Shown: in pieces, positions 1 through 12,429 of the stretch
Numbering within the stretch: position 1 is the stretch's first letter
How the letters are laid out: every line of letters begins with the position of its first letter
Assembly (NCBI RefSeq): GCF_000143415.4
Contig: NW_003314263.1
Coordinates: forward strand, 471,114-535,113
Length of the DNA stretch: 64,000 bases
Source of the DNA: Selaginella moellendorffii
Lineage: Eukaryota > Plantae > Lycopodiophyta
Reading direction: 5' to 3'
The notes under the pieces: generated by a model
The model's input: only the letters and a program-made list of their open reading frames with translations
Databases searched by the model: none
Told to the model about the DNA's origin: nothing
Program-made: the position numbers and the translations under genes

Positions 1-1128
1 TGCTGGTGCCCTTGGTGATATCTGTTATATGTGATCCATGCCAAAATCCGACTATAACACTCATGAAGGTGGCCATGTGCCTTATAAGAATGATTCTTGT
101 CTGCTCTGACTTGCTGAAGAGAGAGAGAGAGATAAAAGAAATGGGAGTTCTTCTAGAAGGACAGAAGATATTGGATGTCTTGTCATACTACCACCATCTT
201 TTCCTCGATGATGGCGATTGTCTTATTTAGGTTTTGAACATTAGGTGATAGAATCTTTGTGAGAAAAGAAGATTGTTGCTAGAGGGTGTGGAAGTCATTG
301 ACCTAGAGCAGTAGGGAGAAGGATCTCTAATCCTCACTTTGTACTTTGCAGTAACTTGTAACTTGTTTGAATTGCATGCTGACAAAATAGAAAAGTAAAG
401 CAATACAAACCTACAAGATAGTGTGATTTGAGTCTAAGAATGGCCATGAGGTAAAGGTATTGTAAGATGGAGGAATCGGCTAGAAAAGTGGCCAAGAGAA
501 AAAGGAAGTGAGATGCTATATGGGAAGAAGGCATGTGGAGAGGGCCAAGTGAACACTTCTATGGAGCCCTAGAATTGGAGGCTACTAGAGATCCACAATG
601 GAGCAATTAGTTTTCTTTAGGGGCTACATACCAAGAGGAAGATTCTCACCCAAGACATGGCGGCAATCCAAGTTTGGGCTCTTAGGTTTGTGTGATATGC
701 CCTACTAAAGACTCATGGTACTTGGTGAGGTTGATGCACACGAATGAGAATGGTCTTAGAGGAATCTTTATTGGCTTCAACTTCATTATTTTCCTAAGCT
801 GTATGCATGCCATGTAATCCTTCAATAGCCGCAGAACTTGAGTCTCCATATTCTATAGAAATAATCATTGAAGCTGTCTACTAGAGTGCTTTTGCCTATA
901 GATTTCTAAGATCATAGGTGAAAACTATGTATGTTGCATTTGACTGGAGCTAGATAATCAGCATCAAAGTGTTCAAATTATCAAAAGTTTGTCTTTAGAT
1001 TTTTTAATAGAAATTCATCTTTTTTTCCTCCATTGTTTTAGTATTTCATTAATAATTTTACAAAGTCCTCAAAACCCTGGAATTAATCTTGTCTAACCCT
1101 GAGTGCATGTTTAATCTCATATGCCCAT

Positions 1129-1130
<2 letters not shown>

Positions 1131-1163
<33 letters not shown>
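1131..1163. repeat. (AT)n microsatellite
   Basis: About 16 perfect AT units. Confidence 0.95.
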
Positions 1164-1166
<3 letters not shown>

Positions 1167-1202
1167 AATCTTGAGTTCAAATCGTATTAGCAGAGGTTTG
1201 GT

Positions 1203-1210
1203 CAACTTTT

Positions 1211-1248
<38 letters not shown>

Positions 1249-1282
1249 ACAGTAGTAATGGTGAATATACTCTTCAATAAAT
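1203..1282 (-). pseudogene. Short decayed 18S rRNA fragment
   Basis: The reverse complement of 1203-1256 reads ACTACTGTGAAAGCATTTGCCAAGGATGTTTTCATTAATCAAGAACAAAAGTTG, matching the conserved eukaryotic 18S segment ACTGCGAAAGCATTTGCCAAGGATGTTTTCATTAATCAAGAACGAAAGTT except for two CpG transitions. 1271-1282 may be a further piece (ATTTATTGAAGA). Confidence 0.85.
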
Positions 1283-2230
1283 AGAAAGAAATAGAAAATG
1301 TATAATAATTTTTAGGAATCTTTTAAATAAAAGAGATTTGTGTGTATAGATTAATCTTATGTTTATAATTTTAGACATTTAAGGCATTTTAATTTTTTGC
1401 TAAAAATTAATTAATTATCATAATAAAATTAAAGAATATAGTAAAGTTTTACCACTTTTGTTTTACTACTTTAATGTGCAATCACCGATTAATGCAATCT
1501 TCAAAGTAAACCTTTATTAAAACCTTAATAGTTCTTTCACAAAATCTATTGGCCCGTTATTCCCATGAAATTTAGTAAGAGGTGTGCTAGCTATAAGACA
1601 TAACCTAATGACTGGAAGAGGAGTTTGATTGGAATTCAAGGCTTGTTCCATATCCTTCTGGAAACACCTCTCAAGTCAGTGGGCTCTTGGAGTCTTGCTC
1701 GTTCTCACTAGAGCCTGCCTGGGGCATCAGAGTTGCCTCAAGCTTCTCCAAAGCTTGAATCACTGGAGGTAAGAAGGCTGTTGGCTGTCTGGGACTAAAG
1801 CTCATCACAGCCAGAAGAGCTAGTTTTCAATGCAGATGAATTAGACGTTGTGGCCATGGTTCAAGCTACGCGGGTTTGAGAGCTTGACAAACGCTGGGCT
1901 CTCGGGCTTTCTATCCAATTGCCCGCTGCTTAGGGCTAGAGGTCAGTTGTAATCACCTGAGCTAAACTTTTTGCTGAATTACTGTTGAGGCCACAACACA
2001 TTCTGTAGCTTGAGTGCGATGGCTTGCAAGTGGGGATTGTGTTGTTGAGGCTCCACATTCATTATACCAGCTATAACAATTCTTAGGATCTGCAACTGTA
2101 CTGAAAGATGACCCTTATACATGATAATGTCCACCCTTAAGTGTGAAACTTTTGGAAAAAGTGTAGGCTGGAGTCTGGCAAATATTATTTGTATTTTATA
2201 CATAATATTTTTGAGCACTCAGAGCAAGAG

Positions 2231-2378
2231 CACGCAATCTTCAAAGCCGCATGACCTATTCTAAACAAAGAGAGTATATCTCATCTCAGGCGACACCGTT
2301 CTCGTCAAGGTGAGTGATAAGTAGAGATGATATACTCTCGTTGTTTAAAATAGGTCATGCGGCTTTGAAGTTTGCGTG
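2231..2378. ncRNA. Near-perfect hairpin with ~55-bp arms, candidate miRNA/siRNA precursor
   Basis: 2231-2287 is the reverse complement of 2324-2378 apart from about 3 mismatches and a 2-nt indel; loop about 36 nt. Expression cannot be seen from sequence. Confidence 0.6.
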
Positions 2379-2790
2379 AGGGCTTTTCCCCTCCAAGCTC
2401 GAGAGTGACAACCTCAGGCACTCTACACTCCATCACGTATGACTTTGTCTAGAACACGCTGTCAGCTTGGTCAAAAGCTCGAGGTGGAGAAATAAAGCAC
2501 CGGTCTAAAGGAGATGATTGATAAGGTTTAATTTGAAACTCTCATGGGAAATGCAGTAGTTCATATATTTGTTTGAACTTTAAAGCTAATCAATTTAGTC
2601 CCGCGTTTTACTCTTGAGGTCAAGCCGAGAGCGCGTTCTAGACCGTATGTGATGGAATAAAATAACATGGGAATACACATCTCACACATCATTCTCGAGC
2701 GATGGAAGGGAAAAGCTTTCATGCAATCTCCAAAGCCGCAGGAATTATTTGTCAAAAAGAGAGCAAACTCTTCCTATCTCTCACCGTTAT
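2324..2790. repeat. Degenerate inverted duplication (palindrome centred near 2555) of the 5' region of the gene at 2702
   Basis: Reverse complement of 2324-2407 aligns to 2691-2775, of 2420-2470 to 2620-2656, and of 2490-2540 to 2570-2612; roughly three-quarters identical by eye. Confidence 0.8.
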
Positions 2791-3431
2791 CCTTCCAGCG
2801 GCGGGAGTCCAAGTCTTTCTTGTACCCGCTGTTTTGAGCTTCCTGGGCCTCGATCCGAAGCCTCTTTCCTCCTCGGGGCCCTTCATATCTTCTGCGGTTG
2901 TGGAATCGTTCCTGCGATGGGTCTCCGACGTCACAGCGAAACAAGCGATCGCTGCTCTCTTCCCTGGCAATCTCCGCGGCCTTGTGGACGGTGTCCACGG
3001 CCTCGCTGCTTTCCACCGCTGCTCGTGTCCACCCCGGCGAGGAGATTTCCAGGTGGGAGGCTCTTCACATCAGGCCGAGGGTGTGGTTCGCGCTGCTCAG
3101 CGTTGCACTCTGCTCGTTGCTGATCCAAGCGCTTGAGTTTGCCCTCAGTTTGAGCTATCTTCACGACGAAGTGAACTTGATATTCTCGCTGATGGCTTTC
3201 GCTGAATACTTATCCATGGTGGCTTCACTTGCTGCTACTGTTGCGGTGCTGGATGGATTCGCTGGGGTGCGAGCACTTCGAGAAGCAGCAAGGCTTCTCC
3301 ACCGAAATCTGCCCATGGGCTTGGCGCTGTGGGTGATGCATTACTTTGTGTTTGACGTGGGCGCTCTTAATAACTTAGCGGCCAGCACAAAGGAATGGTG
3401 GTGGATAGTGCTCTGGATCTGGTGCCTGTAG
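2702..3431 (+). pseudogene. Uncharacterised plant multi-pass membrane protein, frameshifted near 2945-2960
   Basis: Hydrophobic N-part in ORF 2702 (..LFLSLTVILP..) continues in another frame (ORF 2898: ..LAATVAVLDGFAGVRALREAARLL..MGLAL), a pattern typical of intronless plant transmembrane proteins; no obvious intron reconciles the frames. Confidence 0.55.
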
Positions 3432-6400
3432 GCTCTTTGTGGTGGTCGAGCGTACACGTAGCGTTTTATTTCTCGTGCCAGCCGGACGAAGAAATGAAAC
3501 AAGATTATACTCCGTTGGCTTGAGAGACTCTTAAGCTGGAATGTTCTTTGAATGAAGTGTGTGGCAATTCCTTGCGAATAAAACAAAACCGATCATCGTT
3601 TCTCTTTCGCAGATCATAGAGAAACGGTGCCTAGTAACATTTCCAGGAGAAAGTTGTTCATAATATTGTCTGACAGAAGGAACCTCAAGATATGGTGAAA
3701 TCTAAATCATGCATCATGATTTTACTCCTTTGGCTTGAGCACACTTTTTTTTTATAAATTCCTGGCGAATATGACCGAGCTTTACAATCTCTGTCGCAGA
3801 TCATACAGTACCTGGAAGTTTTTAGTAACAAAGATATGGCACCTCGAAATCTAAACCGGAAAGTCATGCCACGGAACCCTGTTCGCAAGTGGACTGCCTT
3901 GCCAGTTAAGTGGACGTCCTCCAAAATGCCAAGGGTAAAGAACAAAAGGAGAAAATAAAGCATTCAGCAAAATTCCATGTTTCGGGAGAAAATAGCCCAA
4001 ACGTACCTCTATGATCGAACCATCGCACAGCTGATTGTGACTAAAATCTCCGTAGATTGGTACTAAAGATTCTGTGGAAATGCTCGTGATTCGCTCAGCA
4101 GTGATCAAGAAACGACGCAAGTATTCTACGACAATGGAATCAATCCGACATCAGCAGTAGTCGACGGATAAAGTGCATAGCTTCCAAAAAGTGAAGCCAC
4201 TTACCTTTCGTTGGTGCTCGCGTTGACAACTCAATTCTATTTTGCTGGAGAATGGATCAACAACGAGTTTGCGTTCACTGTTCTGTGACAATCCATCGTA
4301 AAGATCCAGAGTTGATTCTGACAAGCCTGCGATGTAGAGATTAGTCAATGGTCGGATATAACGCCGTCAAAAGGATCCCACCAAATGCCAAACAAATTCT
4401 GTCCAGCACAAGCTTTACCGCGACTTGCATAATGCTCCTCCGCATAGAATCCACTAGAATACATGGTGAAGACGAATCGATCCTAGGAACAACATCAATG
4501 AACAGCGGGAAGAGAGAAAGAGACGGGAAAAACGTTTTAAGTACCTGATAACTAGCGCTGGCCCAGATTATAAACTCCATAGCCTATAGCTCGCTCGTCT
4601 GTATTCAAAAGGAATGTAGCCATTAGTCAATAAGGAAAAACTCTGCGGGGAACAACAAGGTTTGTAGCTATGTGGCTCCTTGCCAAACTCCAAAATAGAA
4701 ACTCGCTAGAATTCAAGTACCTTGTGCTCGCTTCCAGCATAGCCGATTGAGAATATGGATCACCACCAACAATGACAATGATTAGCAGAGGCCAGCCAGC
4801 AGCTACACATTGTTGAGCTCAGCTCCGCTCATTCCCATCCTCTCCTCCACCAAACGAATATTTGCCACGTATAATCTAAAACTTCCATTATGTTAGTTGC
4901 AGCACAAGAGAACCTCATGCCAATCCCGACAAGAGCTAAGTAACGAGTATCATTGAACAGTAGCATACACACAATATCTTACCTTGTACATACAGTCAGA
5001 GCACGTTAAGAGGAGGACAAGGGAAACGAAGGCTGCTCAGAGAGAGAGGAAAAGAGAACTTAGTGGGGAATAGTGACCTCTAGCGGCTTCTGGCTGGAGT
5101 AGACTGGACACTATAGGCTAAGATCCTCTAGCTTACATACACCTCTCCCTTTCTCCACTTCAACCAAACAACAAACCCCCAGAAAGGAGCACCCAGCGGC
5201 AGGAAAAGCAGGCAGAAGTGTGTTATGGTATCAAAGAGAAAGGACCACAATTTGCCCATAGCTAGCATACCTATGTAGCTTCTCATTTTGTCGCGTATAC
5301 TTCCACTCCGCCACCTCCACCTTTGAGGGACTAGACAAAGTCGCGCTCCTGTACAAGCGAAACAGTCAGCCAGCCACTGTAGGTAGTACCAGAAACTTTA
5401 AAGTAGGAGAACTTAGGAAAACGAGCAGGAGCTTGATTGAGAGAGGCATCACACCTAAGCCACGGTGAATCGATGGAGAGAACATTGACGTCATTCCGGT
5501 AGCAAGAACCTGCGAGTGAAAACACCAGTTTTAACTTAATTCAGAACGCGGCGCTCACCTCTTTAAATAAGTCTTGGCATTAGTCACCAAGAACATCCTG
5601 TGCACTGCAGAAAACGAGAGCGGTAAGATGCGTAAGATTTTGACGCAGTCTTACCGACCAGGGAGAATAAACAAGAAATGGCTGTACCTTGTAGAGGAAG
5701 CAGATCCGCCTTGGAGCCCGAAGTAGCAAGAGCTCAAAGATCGTCTCAAAGTCGTAGCCAACGCACTTAATAAGCTCCACAAATTTAGTCTCGTGCACCG
5801 GCCCGCACTAATCCCACGGGCGAGAATCCTGAATCTGGAAAACTCGTGAAAATCAGTGCTGCGCTCACCCAAAAAAAGAAAACATTATCCACCACAAAGA
5901 AAGCAAAGTTGGAGGGGCGAAAAGGCAATGAAAAGGAAACAAGTATTAAAATATGAACATAGTTCTAGCTCGAGGACCACACAGTGTAGTAGAGGAGCGG
6001 GAATATATCGTTCTCAGTCACTCACCACACAGGTCGAAATCTCTCATGCTTCCTGTATGAGCGATAGAAAAACAATTCATTTGATTAAATGAACTCTGAG
6101 GGGACCATGCCATAACTGTCAGGAGCCGGGAAGAAAAAAAGTAGCCATAACACTTTTTCTCCCGAGAACGAAAAACAAAAAAACAAACCAGAAAAGAGAA
6201 AGAGAGAGAGAGAAAAAAAAAACAAGCACAGCTCTGTAGTCAGGAAGACAGACAGGAAGAATATAAAAAGACCACACACACAGAAATGAAGGAGGAACAA
6301 CTATGAGAGAGAGGGGAGAGTGAGAGAAAGAAAGCAGCAACAACAGCACCACCAATGCATGGCAGCAGCGAAAAGGAGAGTGCTAAGGCTTCACTCGGGC

Positions 6401-6892
6401 TCAGGCTTGTACAGCAGAGAGCGCCTCACTAGTTCTTTGTTTTCTCCTTCTCTCTCTCCTTCGCTCTTATCGCTGCGCTGCCATTCTTTCTACAAGCACT
6501 GGCGGCTCTCTGCTGTTTTTCTGGGGCTACTGCATTGATTCTGGCCCTGATGGTGAAATCTGGAGGTCCTTGGCCTGAGAAAAAGTGAGTAACACCCAGG
6601 GCATGGCTGGAGAGGCAAGATTTGAAAAAATAAAATCAAAGTTTTACGCTTGCAGCACAGCGGCAGAGAAAAGTTCGCGAGGGGAGCCACTTGGTTCTAG
6701 ATGACATTGCAAGCAGCAGGGAGGGAGCGAGGGGCTTACTTGTCTGTCGTCATCTCCGGTTGAGGTGGCCAACTTTTGCGTAGTCGCTGCTTGGATCGCT
6801 GCTTGGATCACATTGTCCTCGTCCTCCCCCTGCACATGAATACAGAAAGGCTTTAGTCGTAGAAAAACAGCTTTCAGAAAACTTAAGAAAAT

Positions 6893-6950
6893 AGAGAGGG
6901 AGAGAGAGGGAGAGAGAGAGAGAGAGGGAGAGAGAGAGAGAGAGAGAGAG
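6893..6950. repeat. (GA)n microsatellite / GAGA element upstream of the LRR-RLK
   Basis: About 58 bp of GA repeat with three GG interruptions. Confidence 0.9.
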
Positions 6951-7358
6951 TTAAGAGTGATGGAGCGGTGCTGCCGTGTTAGCCCGCCGCCTGCCTGATT
7001 GCTTCTCTTCTGCTGTAGCCTTAAAAGAAAACATCGAGGACCGACAGGCACTGAGTGGTGTTTTCCGCATTCCCCCTCACATACTTTGGCAGCATATACT
7101 TCAGCAACGAGACCACATTTTGATCAGCGGATCTATCGACGGAGTAGCCATATGGTAGCTGTTTTGTCTCTTCAGGCCCGCTGTTGATTGATTGCCAACT
7201 GCGTGCTTGTAATGAAGCGGGACTTGTCCTCCAAGCTCGCAGCTCTAGCAGGGAAAATATCACCACGGAGTTTAGAATAAGTCCCGGCAGAGAGAGCAAA
7301 CTTACCGGCATTTGGAAGAAGAAGAGAAAGAGGAGAAGGAAGAACACGGCACCGCAAA

Positions 7359-10300
7359 ATGGGATGCTTCCTTCTCCTCTTCTGGACGCTGCTGCTCGGC
7401 TCGCTCCTTCTCGGTCAATCCGTATCGCCGTCGCCGGAAGCCAAGGCTTTGCTCGCACTCCTCGGCTCGGCACAAGGCAGCAGCAGGAGCGTACTGGAGT
7501 CGAGTTGGAATGCTTCGCAAGGTGATCCTTGCAGCGGTTGGATTGGTGTCGAGTGCTCTTCTTTGCGTCAAGTTGTCAGCGTCTCACTTGCTTACATGGA
7601 TCTTCAAGCCACCATTCCTGCTGAGTTTGGACTTCTCACATCGCTGCAAACTCTCAACTTGTCCAGTGCCAACATATCCAGCCAGATCCCTCCGCAGCTT
7701 GGAAACTGCACCGGTTTGACGACGCTCGACCTCCAGCACAACCAGCTCATAGGGAAAATCCCGCGGGAGCTCGGGAACCTGGTCAACCTGGAAGAGCTCC
7801 ACCTCAATCATAACTTCTTGTCCGGAGGGATTCCTGCGACGCTTGCTTCTTGTCTCAAACTCCAGCTTCTCTACATCTCCGACAACCATCTCAGCGGCAG
7901 CATCCCAGCGTGGATTGGAAAGCTTCAAAAACTCCAAGAGGTACGAGCAGGAGGAAATGCCTTGACAGGTTCCATACCCCCTGAGATTGGCAACTGTGAG
8001 AGCTTGACAATTCTGGGTTTTGCTACGAACTTACTCACAGGCAGCATTCCGTCCAGCATTGGCCGCTTGACGAAGCTCCGCTCGCTCTATCTGCATCAGA
8101 ACTCGCTCAGTGGAGCACTCCCAGCGGAGCTCGGAAACTGTACGCACCTCTTGGAGCTGTCCCTCTTCGAGAACAAGCTCACAGGTGAGATTCCATACGC
8201 GTATGGCCGGCTCCAGAACCTGGAAGCGCTCTGGATATGGAACAACAGCCTCGAAGGCAGCATTCCTCCGGAGCTCGGCAATTGCTACAACCTCGTCCAG
8301 CTGGATATCCCCCAGAACTTGCTCGACGGTCCCATTCCAAAAGAGCTCGGAAAGCTCAAGCAGCTGCAATACTTGGACTTGAGCTTGAATAGGCTGACCG
8401 GATCAATCCCAGTGGAGCTTTCCAATTGCACCTTCCTGGTCGATATCGAACTGCAGTCCAACGACCTGTCCGGAAGTATCCCGTTGGAGTTGGGCCGTCT
8501 CGAGCACCTGGAGACTTTGAACGTCTGGGACAACGAGCTCACTGGTACAATCCCGGCAACTCTTGGGAACTGCAGGCAGCTTTTCCGGATCGACCTCTCC
8601 AGCAACCAGCTCTCGGGGCCACTTCCGAAGGAAATCTTCCAGCTCGAGAATATCATGTACCTCAACTTGTTCGCAAACCAGCTGGTTGGTCCCATCCCGG
8701 AAGCTATAGGCCAGTGTCTCAGCTTGAACCGGCTTCGTCTCCAGCAGAACAACATGAGCGGGAGCATCCCCGAGAGCATCAGCAAGCTGCCGAATTTGAC
8801 GTATGTAGAGCTCTCCGGGAATCGTTTCACAGGCAGCCTCCCTCTGGCCATGGGAAAAGTAACCAGCTTGCAAATGCTCGACTTGCACGGCAACCAGCTC
8901 TCTGGGAGCATCCCAACAACGTTTGGTGGCCTTGGCAATCTCTACAAGCTCGACCTTTCCTTCAACAGGCTCGACGGCTCAATTCCTCCGGCACTAGGCA
9001 GTCTCGGCGACGTGGTGCTTCTTAAGCTCAACGACAACCGGCTGACGGGATCGGTCCCCGGAGAACTTAGCGGGTGTTCCAGATTGAGCTTGCTCGATCT
9101 CGGTGGCAACCGTCTCGCTGGAAGCATTCCTCCGTCTCTAGGAACCATGACCAGCTTGCAGATGGGACTTAATCTCAGCTTCAACCAGCTCCAGGGCCCG
9201 ATTCCGAAAGAGTTTCTCCACCTATCGAGACTCGAGTCTTTGGACTTGTCCCACAACAATCTGACAGGAACTCTAGCGCCGCTCAGCACCCTGGGCTTGT
9301 CGTATCTCAACGTTTCCTTCAACAACTTTAAAGGCCCGCTGCCCGACTCCCCGGTTTTCCGAAACATGACACCCACGGCTTACGTTGGCAACCCGGGACT
9401 TTGCGGGAACGGCGAATCGACTGCATGCTCGGCCTCGGAACAACGGTCACGTAAGTCGTCACACACTCGAAGAAGTCTCATAGCTGCCATTCTCGGGCTC
9501 GGCCTGGGACTGATGATACTGCTCGGCGCATTGATATGCGTCGTCTCTTCGTCCAGGAGGAACGCCAGCCGGGAGTGGGACCACGAACAGGATCCACCCG
9601 GCTCCTGGAAGTTGACCACCTTCCAGAGGCTCAACTTTGCACTGACTGATGTCTTGGAGAACCTCGTCTCGTCGAACGTCATCGGCCGTGGGAGCTCGGG
9701 AACGGTCTACAAATGCGCGATGCCAAACGGAGAAGTTCTCGCCGTGAAGAGCCTGTGGATGACGACTAAAGGCGAGTCCAGCTCCGGAATCCCATTCGAG
9801 CTCGAGGTGGACACGCTGAGCCAGATAAGACACCGCAATATCCTTCGTCTCCTCGGCTACTGTACAAACCAGGACACCATGCTGCTGCTGTACGAGTTTA
9901 TGCCAAACGGCAGCCTTGCGGATCTTTTGCTGGAGCAGAAATCTCTCGACTGGACTGTCCGCTACAACATCGCTCTTGGCGCTGCCGAAGGCCTGGCATA
10001 CCTCCATCACGACTCGGTGCCGCCGATAGTCCACCGGGATATCAAGTCCACCAACATTCTCATCGATTCCCAGCTGGAAGCTCGCATAGCAGACTTTGGA
10101 GTTGCCAAGCTGATGGACGTGTCTCGGAGTGCCAAAACCGTGTCGAGGATCGCTGGCTCATACGGCTACATCGCCCCAGGTTTGTACCACCTTCTGTTTT
10201 CATTGCCATCCGTGACTTAGTGCTTTACGCATCCCCTCCAGAATACGGCTACACCTTAAAGATCACCACCAAGAACGATGTGTACGCATTCGGTGTCGTG

Positions 10301-10657
10301 CTGCTCGAGATCCTCACCAACAAACGAGCTGTAGAGCACGAATTCGGCGAAGGCGTCGACCTCGTCAAGTGGATACGCGAGCAGCTTAAGACGTCGGCTT
10401 CCGCGGTGGAGGTGCTCGAGCCGAGGATGCAAGGAATGCCCGACCCCGAAGTCCAGGAGATGCTCCAAGTTCTCGGGATAGCACTGCTTTGCACGAACTC
10501 CAAGCCATCTGGAAGACCAACCATGAGAGAAGTGGTTGTTTTGCTCAGGGAAGTGAAGCATACCTCGGAGGAATCGTCGGCTCTCAAGGTGTCAACACCG
10601 TTGATAGCGAGCCAGAAAAGCAGCCATCCGGAGGTACTCGAAGTTTCATCGGTATAG
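7359..10657 (+). CDS. LRR receptor-like kinase, LRR-XI, RGI/RGFR-like; exons 7359-10179 and 10242-10657
   Basis: Signal peptide, >20 plant LRRs (LxxLxLxxNxLxGxIP), Cys caps, TM helix, kinase with GxGxxG, HRDIKSTN, DFG, GSYGYIAP|EY across a 62-nt GT-AG intron; RxGG (VRAGGN) and RxR (RLRL) motifs. Confidence 0.95.
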
Positions 10658-11367
10658 AAACTAGAAACCGGACGAAATGTCCATATCCTGTAATTTTGGT
10701 TGCCTTCCTCTTTCTCTCCTTCCGGATAAAAGAACAAAAAAAAAAAAAAACACTTCTTCTGGAAATTGACTGTCAGGAAGGACGCGAGAAATAAAAAATC
10801 ACATTCGAATGAATGAAGATATATACATGCACCACACAGAAAAGCTGCAAAGAATAAAGAACATTCAAGCGGCAATCCTATCCATTATCCAATTTCCAGC
10901 GAAAAATCACTGGCGATGGATTTACTCGCGCGCTAAATCGCAGCGCGGCCAGAGAACGAGCAAGCATGCGATAAGAAGAATCTCAAAGCCCTAAGAGAGT
11001 TACCTCGATCAACGAAGCTCCATCGCTTTGACCTAGCACTAAAATAAGAATATTCACGACAGTGAAAGGGTTTAAAGGGAGAATGAACATACCGTCAAGT
11101 AACGGAATATACAGCTGGAAAGTGGATTGTGGGTTTTTCCGACCGTCTATGTCCGTGCGCGAGAGAAGAACCCTAAACGCGCGAGCGAGCACGTGTAGCG
11201 CTGCGGTGTAGCGAGCTAAATCTGCAAATGCGGCATCGGCTGCTGGCAAGGAGCAAGAAATTCGTCTTAAATCACACCAGGTGAGTGTTCTCTCGAAGAT
11301 TTCTAGCGCAAGGGAGGTTTTCTTCCCGGATTTGCTGACGAGTGACGCTGTGACAGGATACTACTCC

Positions 11368-12352
11368 ATGGTTAGCATCAGAAGGCGTCGATTAATCGCT
11401 GCTTCCGCAGGTTAGCTTCTCAATCTCTCCTTTTTTCTCCATTCTCTTAGCTCATTTGGCTTGTTTGCTTGCACAGTGATTGTTAAGCGACGGAAGAAGA
11501 GAACTTTGCGACCTTGTACTCCTGAAACAAGCAGCAAGGTATGGAGTAGCTTCGTTCGCAAGAAGTAAAGATCTAGGTAGAGAGGAACTTGGTCGGTCTT
11601 GTTTCTTATCGCGATTTGTTTCTCTTTTAGAGCCTTTTGGCGAAGTTTTCATCGCCTACTGGCAGTGGAGCGGGGAATGGTGCTCATTCTCGTTCTCGTA
11701 GTACTGGTAAGCGATTGATCAAAACAATCACAACTATGTCGAGATACTTAAAACTTTCTTCCTGGTGTGTAGAGTTTGAGATAAAGAAGCGAACTTACCA
11801 GAGGAAGAAGCACAACACCTTGTGCTTGCGAGGTGTTTATTTCAAAAACATGAAGTGGCAATCCGCGATCAAAGTCGGCAAGAAACAAGTGCACCTTGGA
11901 ACTGTCTCCACAAAGGAAGATGCCGCTCATCTCTACGACAGGTTAGCTAGTTTCTTGGGTATAGTTTCTATATCTTCTCCTTCATTGCGTGAAGCCTCTC
12001 GCTAGTCCTTCTAACTTTCGCTTCGCAGGGCCGCTTACATGTGTGGAAGGGTCCCAAACTTTGAGCTCTCTCAGACCGTTAAACTCGAACTGGATGCTCT
12101 CACCTGGGAAGAGTTTCTCGATCTCACGAGAAAGGAGATTGCAAACAAGAGTAAGCCTCGTGTTTCATTGCCACTCAGGCTAAACTCATGTCTCTAGAGT
12201 TGCGAAGGAGGATGGAGGCGCAGCAAACCAGGCATGGGCAGCTGCAGCAGCAGCAGCAGCAACAGCAGGACGAGGAGCAAGAAGAGGCTTCCGTTTGTAA
12301 GTTTAGTGTCGAGGTACAAAACTATCAGTGCGAGCTGCTTGCTCCATCCTAG
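11368..12352 (+). CDS. AP2/ERF 'soloist' transcription factor (At4g13040-like), multi-exon
   Basis: N-terminus MVSIRRRRL; AP2 domain RGVYFKNMKWQSAIKVGKKQVHLGT..AAHLYD|RAAYMCGRVPNFEL; poly-Q tail; stop at 12350-12352. Internal exon boundaries in the 5' part are approximate. Confidence 0.88.
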
Positions 12353-12429
12353 AATCATCTTAGCCACTCCATCTTTGTATTTTTACAGCATCACTCTTCG
12401 AAAGAAACTGCATCCACAGATCAGAGCGT

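Noticed and set aside
1-2200. Possible decayed retroelement sequence
   Set aside because: Looks CpG-poor and non-genic, but no RT, integrase or transposase motif or terminus was recognisable.
3600-5870. Minus-strand exon-like pieces with splice-like signals, including LATSGSKADLL (SAP-like)
   Set aside because: Could not be joined into an open frame or assigned to a family; possibly an unidentified pseudogene.
6359-6484. Possible hairpin (ATGGCAGCAGCGA ... TCGCTGCGCTGCCAT)
   Set aside because: Only ~20 bp of imperfect pairing, partly driven by GA/CT low complexity.
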